DNA of 64,000 nt. It comes from Monocercomonoides exilis PA203. Taxonomy: Eukaryota > Protista > Preaxostyla. Shown piece after piece: positions 11,588-25,600 of the stretch; the first letter of the stretch is position 1; each line of letters opens with the position of its first letter. Below the pieces are notes generated by a model that was given only the letters and a program-made list of their open reading frames with translations, ran no database searches and was not told the DNA's origin. Made by a program: the position numbers and the translations under genes. The stretch lies in assembly GCA_001643675.2 (NCBI GenBank), contig LSRY02000016.1, positions 620,001-684,000 on the forward strand, in the 5' to 3' direction.

Positions 11588-14500
11588 TCTTCTTCCTCCT
11601 CTTCCTCCTCTTCTTCTTCCTCTTCTTCCTCTTCCTCTTCTTCTTCTTCTTCCTCTTCCTCCTCCTCCTCCTCTTCGCTCGATTCTTCACCCACTCCAGC
11701 ATGTTTCTTGCTCTTTCTTTCCTTCAAGTTTTCTTTTTCCAGCTTTCTTATTAACTTTGCTTCTTTGTCACATTCTCTCATGCCTTTTCGATCTTCGCTT
11801 TTGAATTTCTTCATCTGCTTCTCCAAAATGCTCATCTCGTGCTCTTTCTTCTTTCGTCGTTTCTCCTCGTTCCTTTTCCGAACTGCTTCAACAGCTGCCT
11901 TCACAGACATTCGTATTTTGCGTAGTTCTTCTTCTTTCTTCTTTTGGAAAGTCAAAAGTCTTCTCTTTTCCAGTAGTTCTACTAAAAGAGATGGATACGC
12001 AGGTTTATTGAAAGAAGGAGGAGGAATTGAATATTTCTGTTTTGGATTTTCCAGTTTCTTCAAAAGAATTCCATCTCCACTCTCATCTCTATCTTGTTCA
12101 AATCTTTGTTCATCATATTCAATTGGATCTCTTTCGTCTTCGCCGCCTCGTTCAAAATCTTTTGCTGCTTTTGCATCCATTCTCTTCTTCCATTTTTCTT
12201 TTTCTTCCTTTCTTTCCTCTCGACAAACACGTATTCTCCACTTTTTCCTTATTTTTCTGTCTATTTTTTCCATTTTTATCTTTCTTTTTCCCTTCTGCTC
12301 CTTTTGGACTTTCTTTTCATCTCTTTCTTGATAATTAGCATCAAATTCATTCACATCATCAAAATCATCAATACCAGCATACTCGTCAATGTAATCGTCA
12401 TTAACATTTTTGTCATTCCATCCAGAATTCCCTTTCTCTTCCTCTGTCTCTGTCTCTTCATCTTCTTCGCACATAAAAGCCGAAAGATTATCCAGCCACA
12501 AAGACAGCAAAGCAGGACACTCCTTCCGCAGCTGACTGTTATATTCAAACGAAGGGAATGGAATACACTCGGGAAACGGAACAAAAGCATGTGAAGTACT
12601 TTCAGTGATTGCAGGAACAGAATCAACGGAATGGCTTGAATTAGAAGCTTCTTGAACACACTCCTCATTTGCTGAACTTTCGACAAGTTTCTTATTTGCA
12701 GATGCTGTGTCAATAAGTGACTGGTTAGAATCTTCATGTTGTTCTGTTTTACGTTGCTTGAATGCAGCAAGTTGAGTTGCTCTCATCCTCCATTCGCAAT
12801 CCCACTGATCTTCTTCCCTTTCAGTCTCTGATTCAGGCTCTTCGACATCATCCACTTTTATCTCCAATTTTTTATTCTGCTCGTTTTCACTTTTCAGCAT
12901 GTCTTCATTCTTTCTCTCTCTTCTGCGTATTCTTTCAACCTTTTCTCTCTTCAGATTCACTGTGCACGCCATCAAAAGCGGAAGCGGGTTGAATCGTTCG
13001 CATTTCACAATAGACAAAGAAGTCAGCGAAGGTAGTTCAGACAAAGCAAGGGAAGAAAAGCTTGGCAAAGACACAAGGCACAAAGACGACAAAGAAGGCA
13101 AGCGAGAGAAAGAAAGAGAAGAAATGGAAGGAGAAGAGGAAATGGAAAGGCTTGACAAAGAATGAAGATGGGAAGTGCAGATCAAAGACGCTGAGGAAAT
13201 AAAAGATGGAAGAAGATAATCAGAACTGCGGCGTCCATCTGCCTCATTAAACTGCTCGCTTTCTCTTCTGTTCAATAGATCAATCGTTGTTTCTGCTTCT
13301 TCTTCATTGTTCACTCCATAAAATGAATCTCTTCGATTTCTCTCTGCTTTCTTTTCGTTCTCTTTCAATTGCAGCTCTTTCAGTGCCTTTATGGAGCCAA
13401 GGAAAGATTTCCCTCGAAGTGCGAAAGATGTGAGTGTGGAAGGCAAAGAATGCAGATGTGCTTCCTTTATTGACTCCAGTGACGAGAAGATGTTGTTCAG
13501 GCGAGTGAAAGGAGAGCTCGAAAGTGATGGCGAAGATGCTTCCATCGAAGAGAAATTATTCATTTTGAGTTTTTGTGGTGATTTCTTCTGTCTGAACGGA
13601 ACAATCTGAGCATCTTTCTTTGTAGGAGATTTCAGCAGGGCGTTTTGTGGAGACAACGGAGGGAAATAGCGAGGAGATGAGAGCGGAGAGGAAACTGGAG
13701 AAGGCGATGGGCAAAGCATTTCAGACTGGGGAGACAGAGAGCTCACAGACATATCACTGGGAGATGCGGAAGCAGCAGAAGTGTTTGAGCAGAGAATTGA
13801 TTGCAGGTAATTCTGAAACGGTGTTTCGCCTTTGTGCTTCGACTTTGCAGAAGAAGAAGTCTTCTTTCCGATCATTTCGATGATTGACAGAAACGGGAAC
13901 GAAGAAAGTGACACAACTTTCGGCGCATTCGATTCTGCCTGAGATTTCTCTTGCTGTTTTGTCTTTTCAATCTGATCGTCCGTTTCTTTGTTCTCCTTTT
14001 GAAGCGATTCATTCGAAGTTTGTTTGGCTTTCGCTCTTTTTTCTGCTTCTTCAGCGCTGATTACAACACGCTCCACTGCAATTTCATACTCAAAGCCAAC
14101 AAATTCTCCGTCTGAGTTAAACTTCTTCTTCTTCTTCTTCTTCTTTTTCAAAATCACCTTCGCAGGTTTCTGTACTTGTTTGTTTTCTTCTTCCTCTCTT
14201 TTTCTCCTTAACTCTTCTGCTTTCATCTCTTCCTTCAACTTCCTCTTTTCTTCTTCTTTCCTCTTCCTCTTCTCTTCCTTCAATCTCGTCTCCTTCTCCT
14301 TCTTTCTCCTTTCCATCTCCACAACAGCCATCCATTCTGCGACATCTTCAGCTTCTTCGCCTTTAATCTTCAGAATGTGCAGCAGAGGCGGAAACAAGAA
14401 ATGAGCATTCGGAGACAAGCTGATTTTCGTCTTCAGACAGTCACATGGAAGTGGAGACTTTGCTCTGCTTGACGAGCGCAGTGAATAAGATTTGGCAGAT

Positions 14501-17500
14501 TGCTTGTTTCTGTTGCTTGATCTGTCGCTGTGCTCAGTGTCATCTAATATTCTTGAATGCATCTTTTCATCGGTCGAAGAATTCTCACTTTCGAATTCTT
14601 TTTTGTTCTCTTCTTCATCTTCGTCGTCTTCATCATCCTCATCAAAGATATCTTCTTCTCTTTCTCTTTCTCCTCTTCCTCCGACTTCATCTTCGTCTGA
14701 TTCAACTTCCTTTTCATCTCTTAGAACTGCATTTTGGAAGAGCAGAGGGCAATCATCTACAACCAACGTGAGCAGCCGAGGTGCCAAGAAGGACGTAAGC
14801 GATGCTCTGTCATACCCAACAATAGAAAACGACTGCAGCGTAGAAGAAATCACAGAAAATGAGGCAAGCGAATGGCGAGCAACCAAAAGTTCAGTTTTCA
14901 GTGTGGAAGAAGAAGATGTTGATGATTGTGAGCTTGCTGAACTTCCTTGTGCTCCTTTTGCAGACGAAGCTGTATTTCTCTTTCCACTTGCACCAACACC
15001 TTTTACCATATTTCCTTCTGCGTCATTGCTTTCATTGATATAATTGCCATCTGCATCCACTCCAGCTGCTTCGTCACCTTCCCTTTTCCCTTTTTCTCCA
15101 TTCTCTTTCTTTTCTTCGCGATAGCCTGAGTCAATCGAGAAGTTCCTCAATTGCAAAGAGTTTCTCAGTAGACACGTCAGTGCATCCGAAGAGAAAATAG
15201 GCCCAACCAAGGAGAGTGTGTGGAGGTGCTTCAAAGTTGACAGCGGAAGCAAGGACTCCATCAGGGTGATGTTTGTGACGCCGATCGTCAGATTCCGCAG
15301 ATGCACCAAGTGTGTGGCGATTCTGTTGAAGTGGGGTTCAGACAGGGCTGGGTGTGGGTTGAGGTACAAGTCGCGCAGGTGAGTGAGGCGGCAGATGGGG
15401 CGGATGAGAGAATCAACGAAGGGAACACGGACAGTGCGGAGATCGAGGTGGGTGAGCTGGGAGAGAGAGGAGAGGTAGTCGAGGTAGGAAACAGAGGTGG
15501 GGGAAGGAAGAATGGTTGACTGTGGAGATGACGATGAGGATAAAGATGAAGAAGAGGAGGAGGAAACTGAGTTTGGATTAACAGAAGAGGCAGAAAGAGG
15601 AGAAGTTGAATCATTAACTGTTGCAACACCCGAGGAATACGAAGGAGATACAGCATTTGAGCCAGAATTTGTACGCCTAGAGGAAACATCAACAATATAC
15701 AGATTATTTATAAAAAGAAAGAAAAATAGTGTAAAGAAATAAAATATTTAATATATATAGATTTTATCATTAAAGTTTTCAGAACAAACTTCTTTTGATT
15801 TTTCACCGGAGGCATGTCTTCTTCTCTTGTTGCAGCCAAATAAGGAGACGAAGAGGTCGGTTGAATTACAGGCGCCTTCACTTTCCCAACATTCAGCATC
15901 TGCAGCCTTTTGAGCTGCGGAATTTTCTGCTTTGCGGTTCCGAGAAAGATTGTGGGCGAGATCAGCGGGCAGTCAAACAGAAAGAGCTCTTCCAAATGAG
16001 CCAGTTTTGGCAGCGGAATCGTCTCAGTGGCAAAAGAAATGGAAGACACAGAAGAATTGCTGTCTCTTCCTCCGCTTTGCACTCCTCCGGCAGATGCAGC
16101 TGCTGTCGTCTTCATCGTTTCATTCAATGATGAAGCAACCATATTTTCAGCTTCTGCTCGTCTTCCTCTGCTTCGCGTGGTTTCCCAGCCATTTTGCTCA
16201 TCTTCTCTTTCTCTTTCTCTGCTTCTGCCTCTACCTCTGCTCTGACTTCTACTTCGTGTTTGTGGTGGAGACATCGACACATTGTTGGAAGAAGACTGAA
16301 AAGCAGCAGCAGAAGAAGAAGAATTAGAAGAAGAGGATGGCAAATTGAGCGAACGAACAACTCCGCCAAAGTTGTGAAAGTGCGACAGATGCAAACGCTC
16401 CAAAAGAGGGCAGCGTGCCAGCTGCTCGCAAAACGATTGGGCAGACTGCGGTTCAACCACATTTGGGATTGAAGAAGAAGAGGAGGAAGAGGAAGAGGAA
16501 GAAGAAGATGGTGATGCCCCATACGCAGAATAAGACAGTGAAGGAGAGTTATTGCCCAAGTAATTGTCAACCGACGAGGACGAATGCTGCGTGTGATTGG
16601 GAGTGTGTCTGCTTGGCGACTCAGACCTTCCTCTGCTATTTGCGTGCAGATCAGAGCGGCTGAGCGGCGAGGCGAGCGGAGCCTGCGGAGAAGCAGCAGC
16701 CAAATAGGATGACGAAAGAGGAGAAGACGAATGAGAGGATGAGAGATGGCTTGTGCTGTTTACATGTTCTGGCGACAGAGTCGCAAACGAAGAAGTGAAC
16801 GAGCCACATCTCAACAGCTGTCTCCTTCTTTGCTCAATCTCATCTCTCACCACATCCTCCTTCTTCATCCGCTCTTCCCTCTCGTTCTCTGTCTCTTCCT
16901 GCCTTTCTCTCTCTTTCCTGTCCAATTCGCTCTGCTTCTTTCTCCTCCGCTCCTCCAATTTGCGCATATGCTCCCCTCTTTCCTTCTCCTCCTGTGCCAA
17001 CAGCTCCTTCTTCAGTTTATCGCCCACTTCAAACGCCTTGTCGTTCAGCAGCAGCTCAATCGGATCGTCGATCAAGTCGTCTCCTGGACTCATCCGCCTA
17101 CGACGTTTGTGGCGATGCAAAGACAAGCGAGGCTCTTTCTTTTGTTCGGTCTGCTTTCTTTCTTTGTTGTTTTTCGCTCCAGCAGCATTCTTCTTTTTGC
17201 CAGCCAGTTTTGAAGAAGCCTTTCTTTTCTCCTTCAGAGAACTGATAAGACTTCCTTCGTTGCTCTGCTTCTCCAAGATGCCAAACATTGCATCGTCTTC
17301 TTCGTTGTCTTCAGAATCAAACACTTCTGTCGAGCTCAGCGAATCTGAGTCATCAAAGATCGGCGATGGCTCTTTCGCTTCCTCTGGAAATGGAGATCGA
17401 CAGGGCGATCTGTCAACACCACGGCGAGAGTTGCGAGGATATGAGGAAGAGGCAGAAGAAGAAGATGATGTTGTTAACGATGATGATGAAGCAGAAGATG

Positions 17501-19001
17501 AGACAACCAAACGAGGCGTTGTCATGTGCAGAAGATCTTTGCGTGTCGGATCAAGTTTCCTCAGTCCGCGCAATGCTGCTTGCAACGACGATGGTGTGAA
17601 TGCAGATTTCAAAGTGGAAGTGGCTGATGATGCGTCCTTCTCTTTGAGCGACTCTTGTGAATTCGAAGGGAAAGATGAAGTTGGTGTTGATGAACTTGAG
17701 TTCGCAGCAGTCTTTTCAGCACCTCCAGCAGAAATCGAATTATCAGATGCAGGTGGATAGAGAGGCATGTTTTTGTGTGTGTTGCTGTGCGAAAGAGAAT
17801 CCGAAGGCGAAGGAAGGACATCAACATCGTCTACATAGTGGTTCATCTGATGAACACTCGAATGCAACTTGAGTGCCGAATAAGCTGAATTCGAAGATGA
17901 GCCAGAGGAAAAAGGAGCAGAAGAAGAAGGCGACCTCCAGAAGAAGGAAGACGAGCTGAAAGAAGACGGAGTGCGTGCAGTTGGAAGAAAGTGCTTTCCA
18001 CAACAGCATTTGAAGCGGCGTCTAGTTGTTCGAGGGACATTTTGCGAAGTTTTGCCTCTTTCGCTCCATCCATTCCCTTCTGCTCTTTCATTGTCTGCAC
18101 TTCTTCTGAAGCCTCCTTCACCTTCATCCTCTTCTCCATCACTAACTTCTTCTTCATCTTCATTTTCTTCTGTTTTGTCTGTTTCTTCTTCGTCAAACTC
18201 AGCTTCTTTCGAATAACACAATGCCTTCAGCTGAGGCGTGAACAAATACAGCGAAGCACTGGAACTAACAACCAAAGTCTCCAGTGTCTTTGAAGTGATA
18301 ACAATTGGTGAAATGACATTTGGTATGTTCACAAGACGCAAATGAACAAGATTTGGGCAAAGGGATCTTAATTGAAGTAACAGTGAGCGAGAAATACGAG
18401 CTGTTTGCTGTGGATTGTGTGTAACTTCCTTTGAAAAACTTTGCTGAGAGCGTAACGGGTCATTCATTGTCCATTCATTTGTTGCGTCTCTTGCTTCCAT
18501 AGAAATTATTTGTTTTCCATTTGTGAAGCATCTTAAACATGATAAATTTAATTCTCTGATGTTCCGTCCTCCTCTAACAAGAATTTCTCTCACCAAATTA
18601 TCTGTCTCCATAAATTCGTCATCTCTTCTGGTATGGCTTCCGAGATAACTTCCAGGAAGTGATAAATCCAATGAACGGATTAACTGAGAATTTTCAGCAT
18701 TAAAATCCATTCCTTTAAGAATTGAACCAAATGACAAATTCCAGTTTTGAAATGATAAAGAATATGGATGTGAAATGGTTTCAATTCTGCTAATTGCAAT
18801 CTAAAAACATAAAACATATTTCAAATGCCAAATAATATTTTTTAAATAACAAATAAATAAAAAACCTTTGTATTGTGTGAAATCTCTGTCATTTGATCTG
18901 ACTGAATAGAAGAAAACGATTTTATTTCATTTGCTTCATCCCTACAAACAGAAAAATGTTGTTAATGAAAAAAATATGAAATAATTTTATGAGCATTACA
19001 T
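7933..19001 (-). CDS. Giant (~3,600 aa) leucine-rich-repeat (RNI/FBXL-like) protein with long Ser-rich, acidic and charged coiled-coil inserts
   Basis: ORFs 15708..18737 and 7933..15369 join in frame via GT-AG intron 15789..15677; two further short 5' introns (~18865..18801 and 18999..18942); dispersed LxxLxLxxC repeats (CPNLVHLRLVN, CPLLERLHLSH, CPFLQELVISHC, LRTLVLREC, LPSLTSLSIVKC). Start inferred. Confidence 0.8.
11494..11676 (-). repeat. Coding GAA/GAG run encoding 61 consecutive Glu
   Basis: 183 nt of mixed GAA/GAG codons in frame in the LRR gene. Confidence 0.9.
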
Positions 19002-19643
19002 TTGACTAACTGAAGATATAAGTGGAAAAATAAATAAAAAGTTTATCAAAACGAATGAAAACATCATATAAAAATAAAAGACAACGACAAACATTGTTGT
19101 TCACTTTCTGGTATTCAAAAATCAATGGAATATTATTGATAGATTAGAATTGTATATAAAGTTCAAGGAAAGAAAAAATACATTCGCAAGTTATAATAAA
19201 TTAAAATTTAATTTAAAATTTCCAAATAAATTTTCATACAGTGTTGTCGATGTACCAATATTTATTAATTATTATTCTATGACAGAAAGTATGGATAACT
19301 GATCAATTTTCAAAAAATTTCACAACATAAAAATGAAACAATTTTGTCAAACATATGGAATATATTTACACATAATATTGATTTATATAATTTTAAACTT
19401 TCATTCTATTTATTTGATAAATGTTATTTTTTGAAATTGACAAAAAATTTTTCCACATTTTTCCTTTTTTAAAACAAATAGCATAATTAATTTTTCATGA
19501 ATTTGTTATCCAACAGTCCAAATGGCAAAAATAGCCTGTGACGTGAAAAAAGAACTGTACAAGCACGAAATGGAAAGTTATGAAACAATGACATTCGTAA
19601 TTATTATTTATTCTTAATGAAAACTTCAAACTTTTCATAATGT

Positions 19644-22600
19644 TCATTGCTTAGACTTCTTTGAAGCTGTCTTTTCAGCAGCGCCAACCACCCTTCGTGA
19701 ATGCACTTTGCGTGGCAGTTGCGACTGCGGCTGTGTGCGGGAGAACACAGCAGGCGACGAAGAAACGAATTTCTCCGAAGATGAAAGAGAAGAAAGACGG
19801 GAGTTTTTGAGGTGTGATCCAACTTTCATCTGAGAATCAGAACGAGAAGAAGGAGAAGAGGAAGAAGAAGGAGACATCACTAAAGAAGAAGAAGGTTGTG
19901 CAGTTGCTCGTGTCTTCTTTGAAGAAGGCAGATGTTGTTCAGCTTCTGCCCCTGTGGCGCTTCGACGTGGAAGCTGTGGAACAAGCTTTGTCCATTTGGT
20001 TGTGGCTCGGTATAGCTGATTTTCATCCAATGCATCATCACTTTCATTGAATAAATCATCATCTTCTTCTTCCTCTTCCTCTTCCTCTTCCTCCTCCTCC
20101 TCCTCCTCTTCTTCTTCTTCTTCGTCTTCGTTTTCTTCTTCATCATCGTCTGAGTCATCTGCGTTTTCTCTTCCCTTTGCACTTTCCATGTATTCCTTCA
20201 TCATTTCCTTCTCAATCGAGTTCATTTCATTGTCATCATCGCCTTCTAATGCGTCACCTTCATCTTCATCTTCATCTTCATCTCCTAACACTTCTTCTGT
20301 TTCGCTTCTTTCTTCTTCGCTTTCGTCGTCTGACCAATCATCTTCCAGGAAATTCACAGCTTCTCCTTCTCCTTCAGCATCTTCCTCCTCTTCTTCATCA
20401 TCTTCATCATCTTCATTATCATCATCATCATCAAACAATTCATCTGCACCAAATGCTGCATTTCTTTGCGAAACAACTTTTTTCTCCTTCTCCTTTTTGT
20501 TGACTCCTCTTGTTGTTGCTGCTGAAGATGCTCCTCCTGCCAATGGTGACTTTGCAATCATGTTCTTTCCCTTTGCTGTCATTTTCTTTTTGTTTTGCTT
20601 CGTCTGCTGCTGCTGCTGTATATATCGCATAAATTCAGGGCTTTTCTTCAGCTGCTTGGCACTCACATCATTCAACACATTCTGCTTTCTCTTTAAAACT
20701 TCTCTTCCTTCTGCTCCGATCACATTGCCTGTATCATTATTTCCTATGAGAAATGGATCTTCCTCGCTCTCTTCATCCAAAAAGCTCGTTTCTTTCCTCT
20801 GCTCAACACTTTTCATTTTCGGCGTTGAAAATCGCTTCAGCGACGAAATCTTCGGAGTCATCGTCTTCGGCATCTTGTGCAGCATCTGCCTGTGAATCGC
20901 CTCCAGCGCCATGTCGTCCCTCGCACGCTTCACAGGAAGAGCAGGCACAGGTGAAGATGACGGTGAAAGGGCAGAAGAATGAATTCCTCTTCTCTTTTTG
21001 GGTTTGCCCGCCAGATCTTCGTGCATCGTCTGCATCATTCGTGTTTTTGTCTGCCCATGCACCTTCCTCTCCAGCTTCTGTCCTCGCTTCTTCTTCCCCT
21101 TCCCCTTCTCTTTCTCCCTCTCTTTCTCCATCTCTTTCTCTTTCATTGTCACTTCCTTCACTCTCCACGGCATCATCCTCCGCATCCATTCTTGAGCATA
21201 TTCCACCCCCTGGTTTTGTATCATCTCTGCCAAAAAGTCATAGTCACCTGGTTTCGTCTCCATCACTTCTCCTTTTCTCTTTGCTGCAGCTGAGGCAGTT
21301 GCTGCCAACGAAGACTTCTTAAACTCATTCTTTCTCTTCTCCTCCTCCTCATCCAAAGTTCGCGCTTTTTCCATCATCTTCCTTTGCCTATATGCTTCTC
21401 TTCGCATGGCCATACGCATTCTGTTAACTGCATTGCATTTATCTTCTTTTTCTTTCAATTTGGCTGCTTCTTGTTCTCTCTCTCTCTCTCTCTCTCTTTC
21501 CTTTTCTTTCTCCTTCTCCTTCTCCCTCTCCTCCTTCATCTTCGCAATCTCCTTCCTCATCGTCTCTTCCCTCTCTTTCTCCTTCTTCTCCACCATGCTC
21601 GTCATCAGCGCCACAGGCTCCAGTGCAGCTGTCAGAGCATTCCCTGTCTCCGTCGGCAGAGTCACGATGCTGTATTCAATCGCCTCCAATCGCTGTGTCA
21701 TCGCTGCGATCTCTTCAGACACAGACAGAAGTGTTGTTGGCAGAGAGCGCAAGGACTGGATGCTCGAGGGGGCGGAGCTGACACTGGGAGCAGAAGTGGG
21801 AAGAGAAGAAGATGAAGATGATGATGAAGAGGGAGAAGAAGAAGAGGAGGAAGAAGATGATGATGGAATTGAACGTGATGATGATGGTGAGGAGGAGGAA
21901 GAAGAAGCAGAATTTTGCATTGCACCTGCGCCTGCGCCAGCAGTAGAAGAAGGCGAAATCGCTCTTCCAGCATTGCCAGGAGCAGAAGCAGAAGCAGAAG
22001 AAGAAGCAGAAGGTGGATAAGGGGACAGCTGTGAGTTTCCTTTCTGCTGGAGGGAGGAGTATGAGAAACGAGATGCTGTGTTGTCTTCTCCTGATGTCAG
22101 TGCTTTCAGCGGATCTTCATCAAGCCATTCTTTCATCTCAGCGATCGTCTTGTTCACTTGCTCCTTCACTGCCCTCACTTCTTTGAGCGAATTGCTCACA
22201 ATAGAGCTCACCTGGTTCATCGCATTCGCCACACTCATTGTGACTCTGTCGCTCAGCATTTTCTCCATCTCCCTCATCTTCATCTCCACCGTCTGCTCCA
22301 GCGCCCTCTTCTGCATCTCTCTTTCTTCTCTCTCTCTCTCTTTCTCCCTCCTCTCCTTCTCCTTCTCCTTCTCCTTCGCTTCTCTTTCCTTCACCTCTTC
22401 CTCTGGCTTGCTCACACTTGCACTCCTGTTTGCTGCTGCAGATAGCATCGCAACTTTCTCCTCCATCCGCCTCGCCGACGCCACAAGAAACGCAATTGCT
22501 CCTCTTGTTTCCTGCTGAAATGCAATTTGGCTTTCCCTCAGCTCTTCCGCTTTCCTCTCCTCTTCTGCTTTCTTCGCCTCCTCCAGCATCTTCGCCTCCT

Positions 22601-25600
22601 TCTGTGCCTTCTCCATCTTCTTCATGTTTTTAGCTTCCTCAACTTCTTGCTTAGACATTTTGTGTGGGCGTGTCTTTGAATCTGATCTTTTGCCTCCAAA
22701 CTTCTGAGATATGCTCAGCAAATCCCCAAACTCTTCTTCTCCTTCATTCTCCATGTCTGACTCACTTTCTCCTCCTTCCTCTTTCTCCTTCTCCTTCTCC
22801 TTCTCTTTCCCTTTCCCCATCCCCATTCCCATTTTAACTCCTTTCTCCTTCTCCTTCTCCTTCTCTCCTTCTCTCCTTCCCCCCATCGCCTTCATCTTGT
22901 ACTCCACAATCACATCTATATCCTCCAGCAGCCTCTGCTCAGCCGTCTTCACCATTTCTGCCAATGATTCGCTCATCTTCTTCTGCACAGCCACACACAC
23001 TTCATTCAGCGCACTCGCATTCTGCTTCATCGCATCGTTGCTGCCATCCACAAGAGAAGGAAGAAGAACCTCGCGTGTCAGCTGCTCGATGAAGGAGACG
23101 CCGGCTTTGCGGGCTAAGGCGAGGGAGGAGGAAAGTGGGAGAGGAGAAGAGGAAGAAGAAGGAGAGGAAGAGGATGGTGTAGATGATGTAGATGAATAGA
23201 AATAGGAAGAAGAAGAAGAAGAAGAATTGGAAGAGGAATGAGAAGAATGTTGAGGCAGAAGCGGGGGAGGAGGTGGTGGAGCAAGTGCCGCAATAGCAGA
23301 AACAGAAGTTAATGGAACAGAAGAAGAAGAAGATGGCTGAATTGAAGACAACTGCATCTGCTGCGATGACGCAGGCACAATCGCCCACTGCTCCACCACT
23401 GGCCTCATCGCACTGTTGATTGCCTGCACAATCTTCTTCTGTATTTCCTCGCTGTTAACCTCCTTCCCCTTTTCCAGCTTCATCATCCTGTCTTCTTTCG
23501 CTTGCCTTCTTTCTTTCTTCTCTTTGTATGCGTTTTCTTTCTCTTTTTGCTCAGCTTCGTGTTTTTTGCTGAGAAACTTCACAATGTCGTTCAAAGTGGC
23601 TCTTGCGCGCATGATTTCTGAGTAGAGAACGAGGGGAGTGGGTGAGGGGATGCCTGGGGTGGAGAACAAGGGGTCTGTGTGTTGTGGGTTGGGAGAAGGA
23701 GAAGAGGAGGAAGAGGAAGAGGAAGAGGAAGAAGATGTTGAAGCAGAGGAGGAAGGAGAAGGAGAAGGAGATGATGAAGATGAAGATGAAGATGATGCTG
23801 AAGCTGATGTTGAAGGAGATGGAGCAAGAGAAGGAGCAGGAGAAGGAGAAGATGATGTCCGAGTTGATAAGGCTGGGGGAGAGGATGATAATGAAACCGA
23901 AGATGGAACAGAAGATGATGGTGACGGTGATTGCGAAGAAGAAGAAGAAGAAGAAGGTGAACGATTCGATTGATGAGATGAAGTTGGTTGCAATATAGTT
24001 GTCGTTATCGTGGTAGTATTAGCAGAAGAAATAGGAGAAGTAGAAGAAGCAGAAATAGGAGAAGAAGATGCAGATGATGATATTTGTGTCTTTCCAGGTG
24101 CAATCAACTGAGGTGTCAAAAACCTCACACCTTCTGCCTTTGTTGGTGGTGAATTCTTATTTTGTGTTTTTATTTCTTCTTTTTTCTTCCCTTTTTTCTC
24201 TTCTTCCTCCTTTTTAGCCTTCTTTTCCTCTTCTTTTGGCTTCTTTTTCGATTCTTCAGATGCCTCTGCGTTGATCAGCATGTCATATGGATTGTAATTG
24301 TACTGCTTATACGATGGAGAAGGTGTTTGTGCTTTGTTAGCTGATGAAGAAGAAGACGACGATGATGATGACGATGATGATGATGTGGATGCTTCTTCTT
24401 TCTTCTGCATTTGTTGTTGTTGTTCTTGTTGTTGAATAGAAGATTCGTTAGCTTCTTTATTGGTTGTTAGAAGTTTTTCTTTGGAAAGGTTATCTTTTTC
24501 TTTTTCTTTTTCTTTTTCTTTCTTTTCTTTATCTTCCTCCACTTCCTCCTCCTCCTCCTCTTCTTCTTCTTCATATTCTTCCTCCTCTTCCTCTTCCTCC
24601 TCTTCTTCCTCCCCCTCCTCATATTCCTCTTCATATTCTGATTCACCTTCTTCATATTCTGACTCTGCAATCACTTGCTCATTTATCGTTTTTTTCATTG
24701 CTCCTCCTTCTTCTCTTTCTTCTTTGCTCTTTTCTTGCCTTTTCGCCCCTTCTTTCATCTCATTCGCTTTTTCGGCTTTTTCGGCTTTTTCTGAGGTATT
24801 TTGCTTGTTTTGCATTGTCTCTTCTTCTTTCTTTTCATCTTTCTCTTTTTCTTTTTCTTTTTCTTTCTCTTTCTCTTTTTCTTTTTCTTTCTCTGCTTTT
24901 TCTCTTTCTCTTCTTTCCTTTTGTTTTTGCTTCCTCTTCTTCTTCCTCTCTATCTTCTTCCTCTCTTTCTCTTTCTCTTTCTCTTTCTCTTTCTCTTTCT
25001 CTTTCTCCTTTTTCTCTTGTTCTTTATCCATTTCATTTTCTTTCTCCTTCTCTTTCTCTTTCTCCTTTTTCTCTATCTCTTTATCCACTTCATTTTCTTT
25101 CTCTTTCTCTTTCTCTTTCTCTTTGTTCTCTTTTCCCTCCTTCTTCTCATCAACTTTTACCGCTTCTTCTTTCGTTCTGACTGCAAAATTGCTATTTTCT
25201 GTCTGTTTCTTATTGACTTCTCCATTTTTCCCTTCAATTTGTGCATTTTGTGCATTTTGATTACTTTTCACGTTTTTATCTTTGCTTATGATTAGTTTTG
25301 GTGTTAATTTTATTGCTTCCACTTTCGCCTTCGCATTAACCTTCGCATTCACCTTCACATTTGAATTTGTATTTGCTTTAGGTTTAGCTTCATTTTCTGT
25401 AGAATTCTTCTTGTTCTTTTCTTCTTTCTCTTCTTTTGCTCCTTCTTTTGCTCCTTCTTTCTCTTTTTCTTTCTCTTTTTCTTCTTTCTCCTTCTCCTTC
25501 TCTTTATTCTCTTTCTCTTTATTCTTATTCTCCGTATTTTCGCTCTTTCCCATCAAATTCTGCTGTTTTTCATTCGCTTTGTTAATAATTGCATTGTTAT

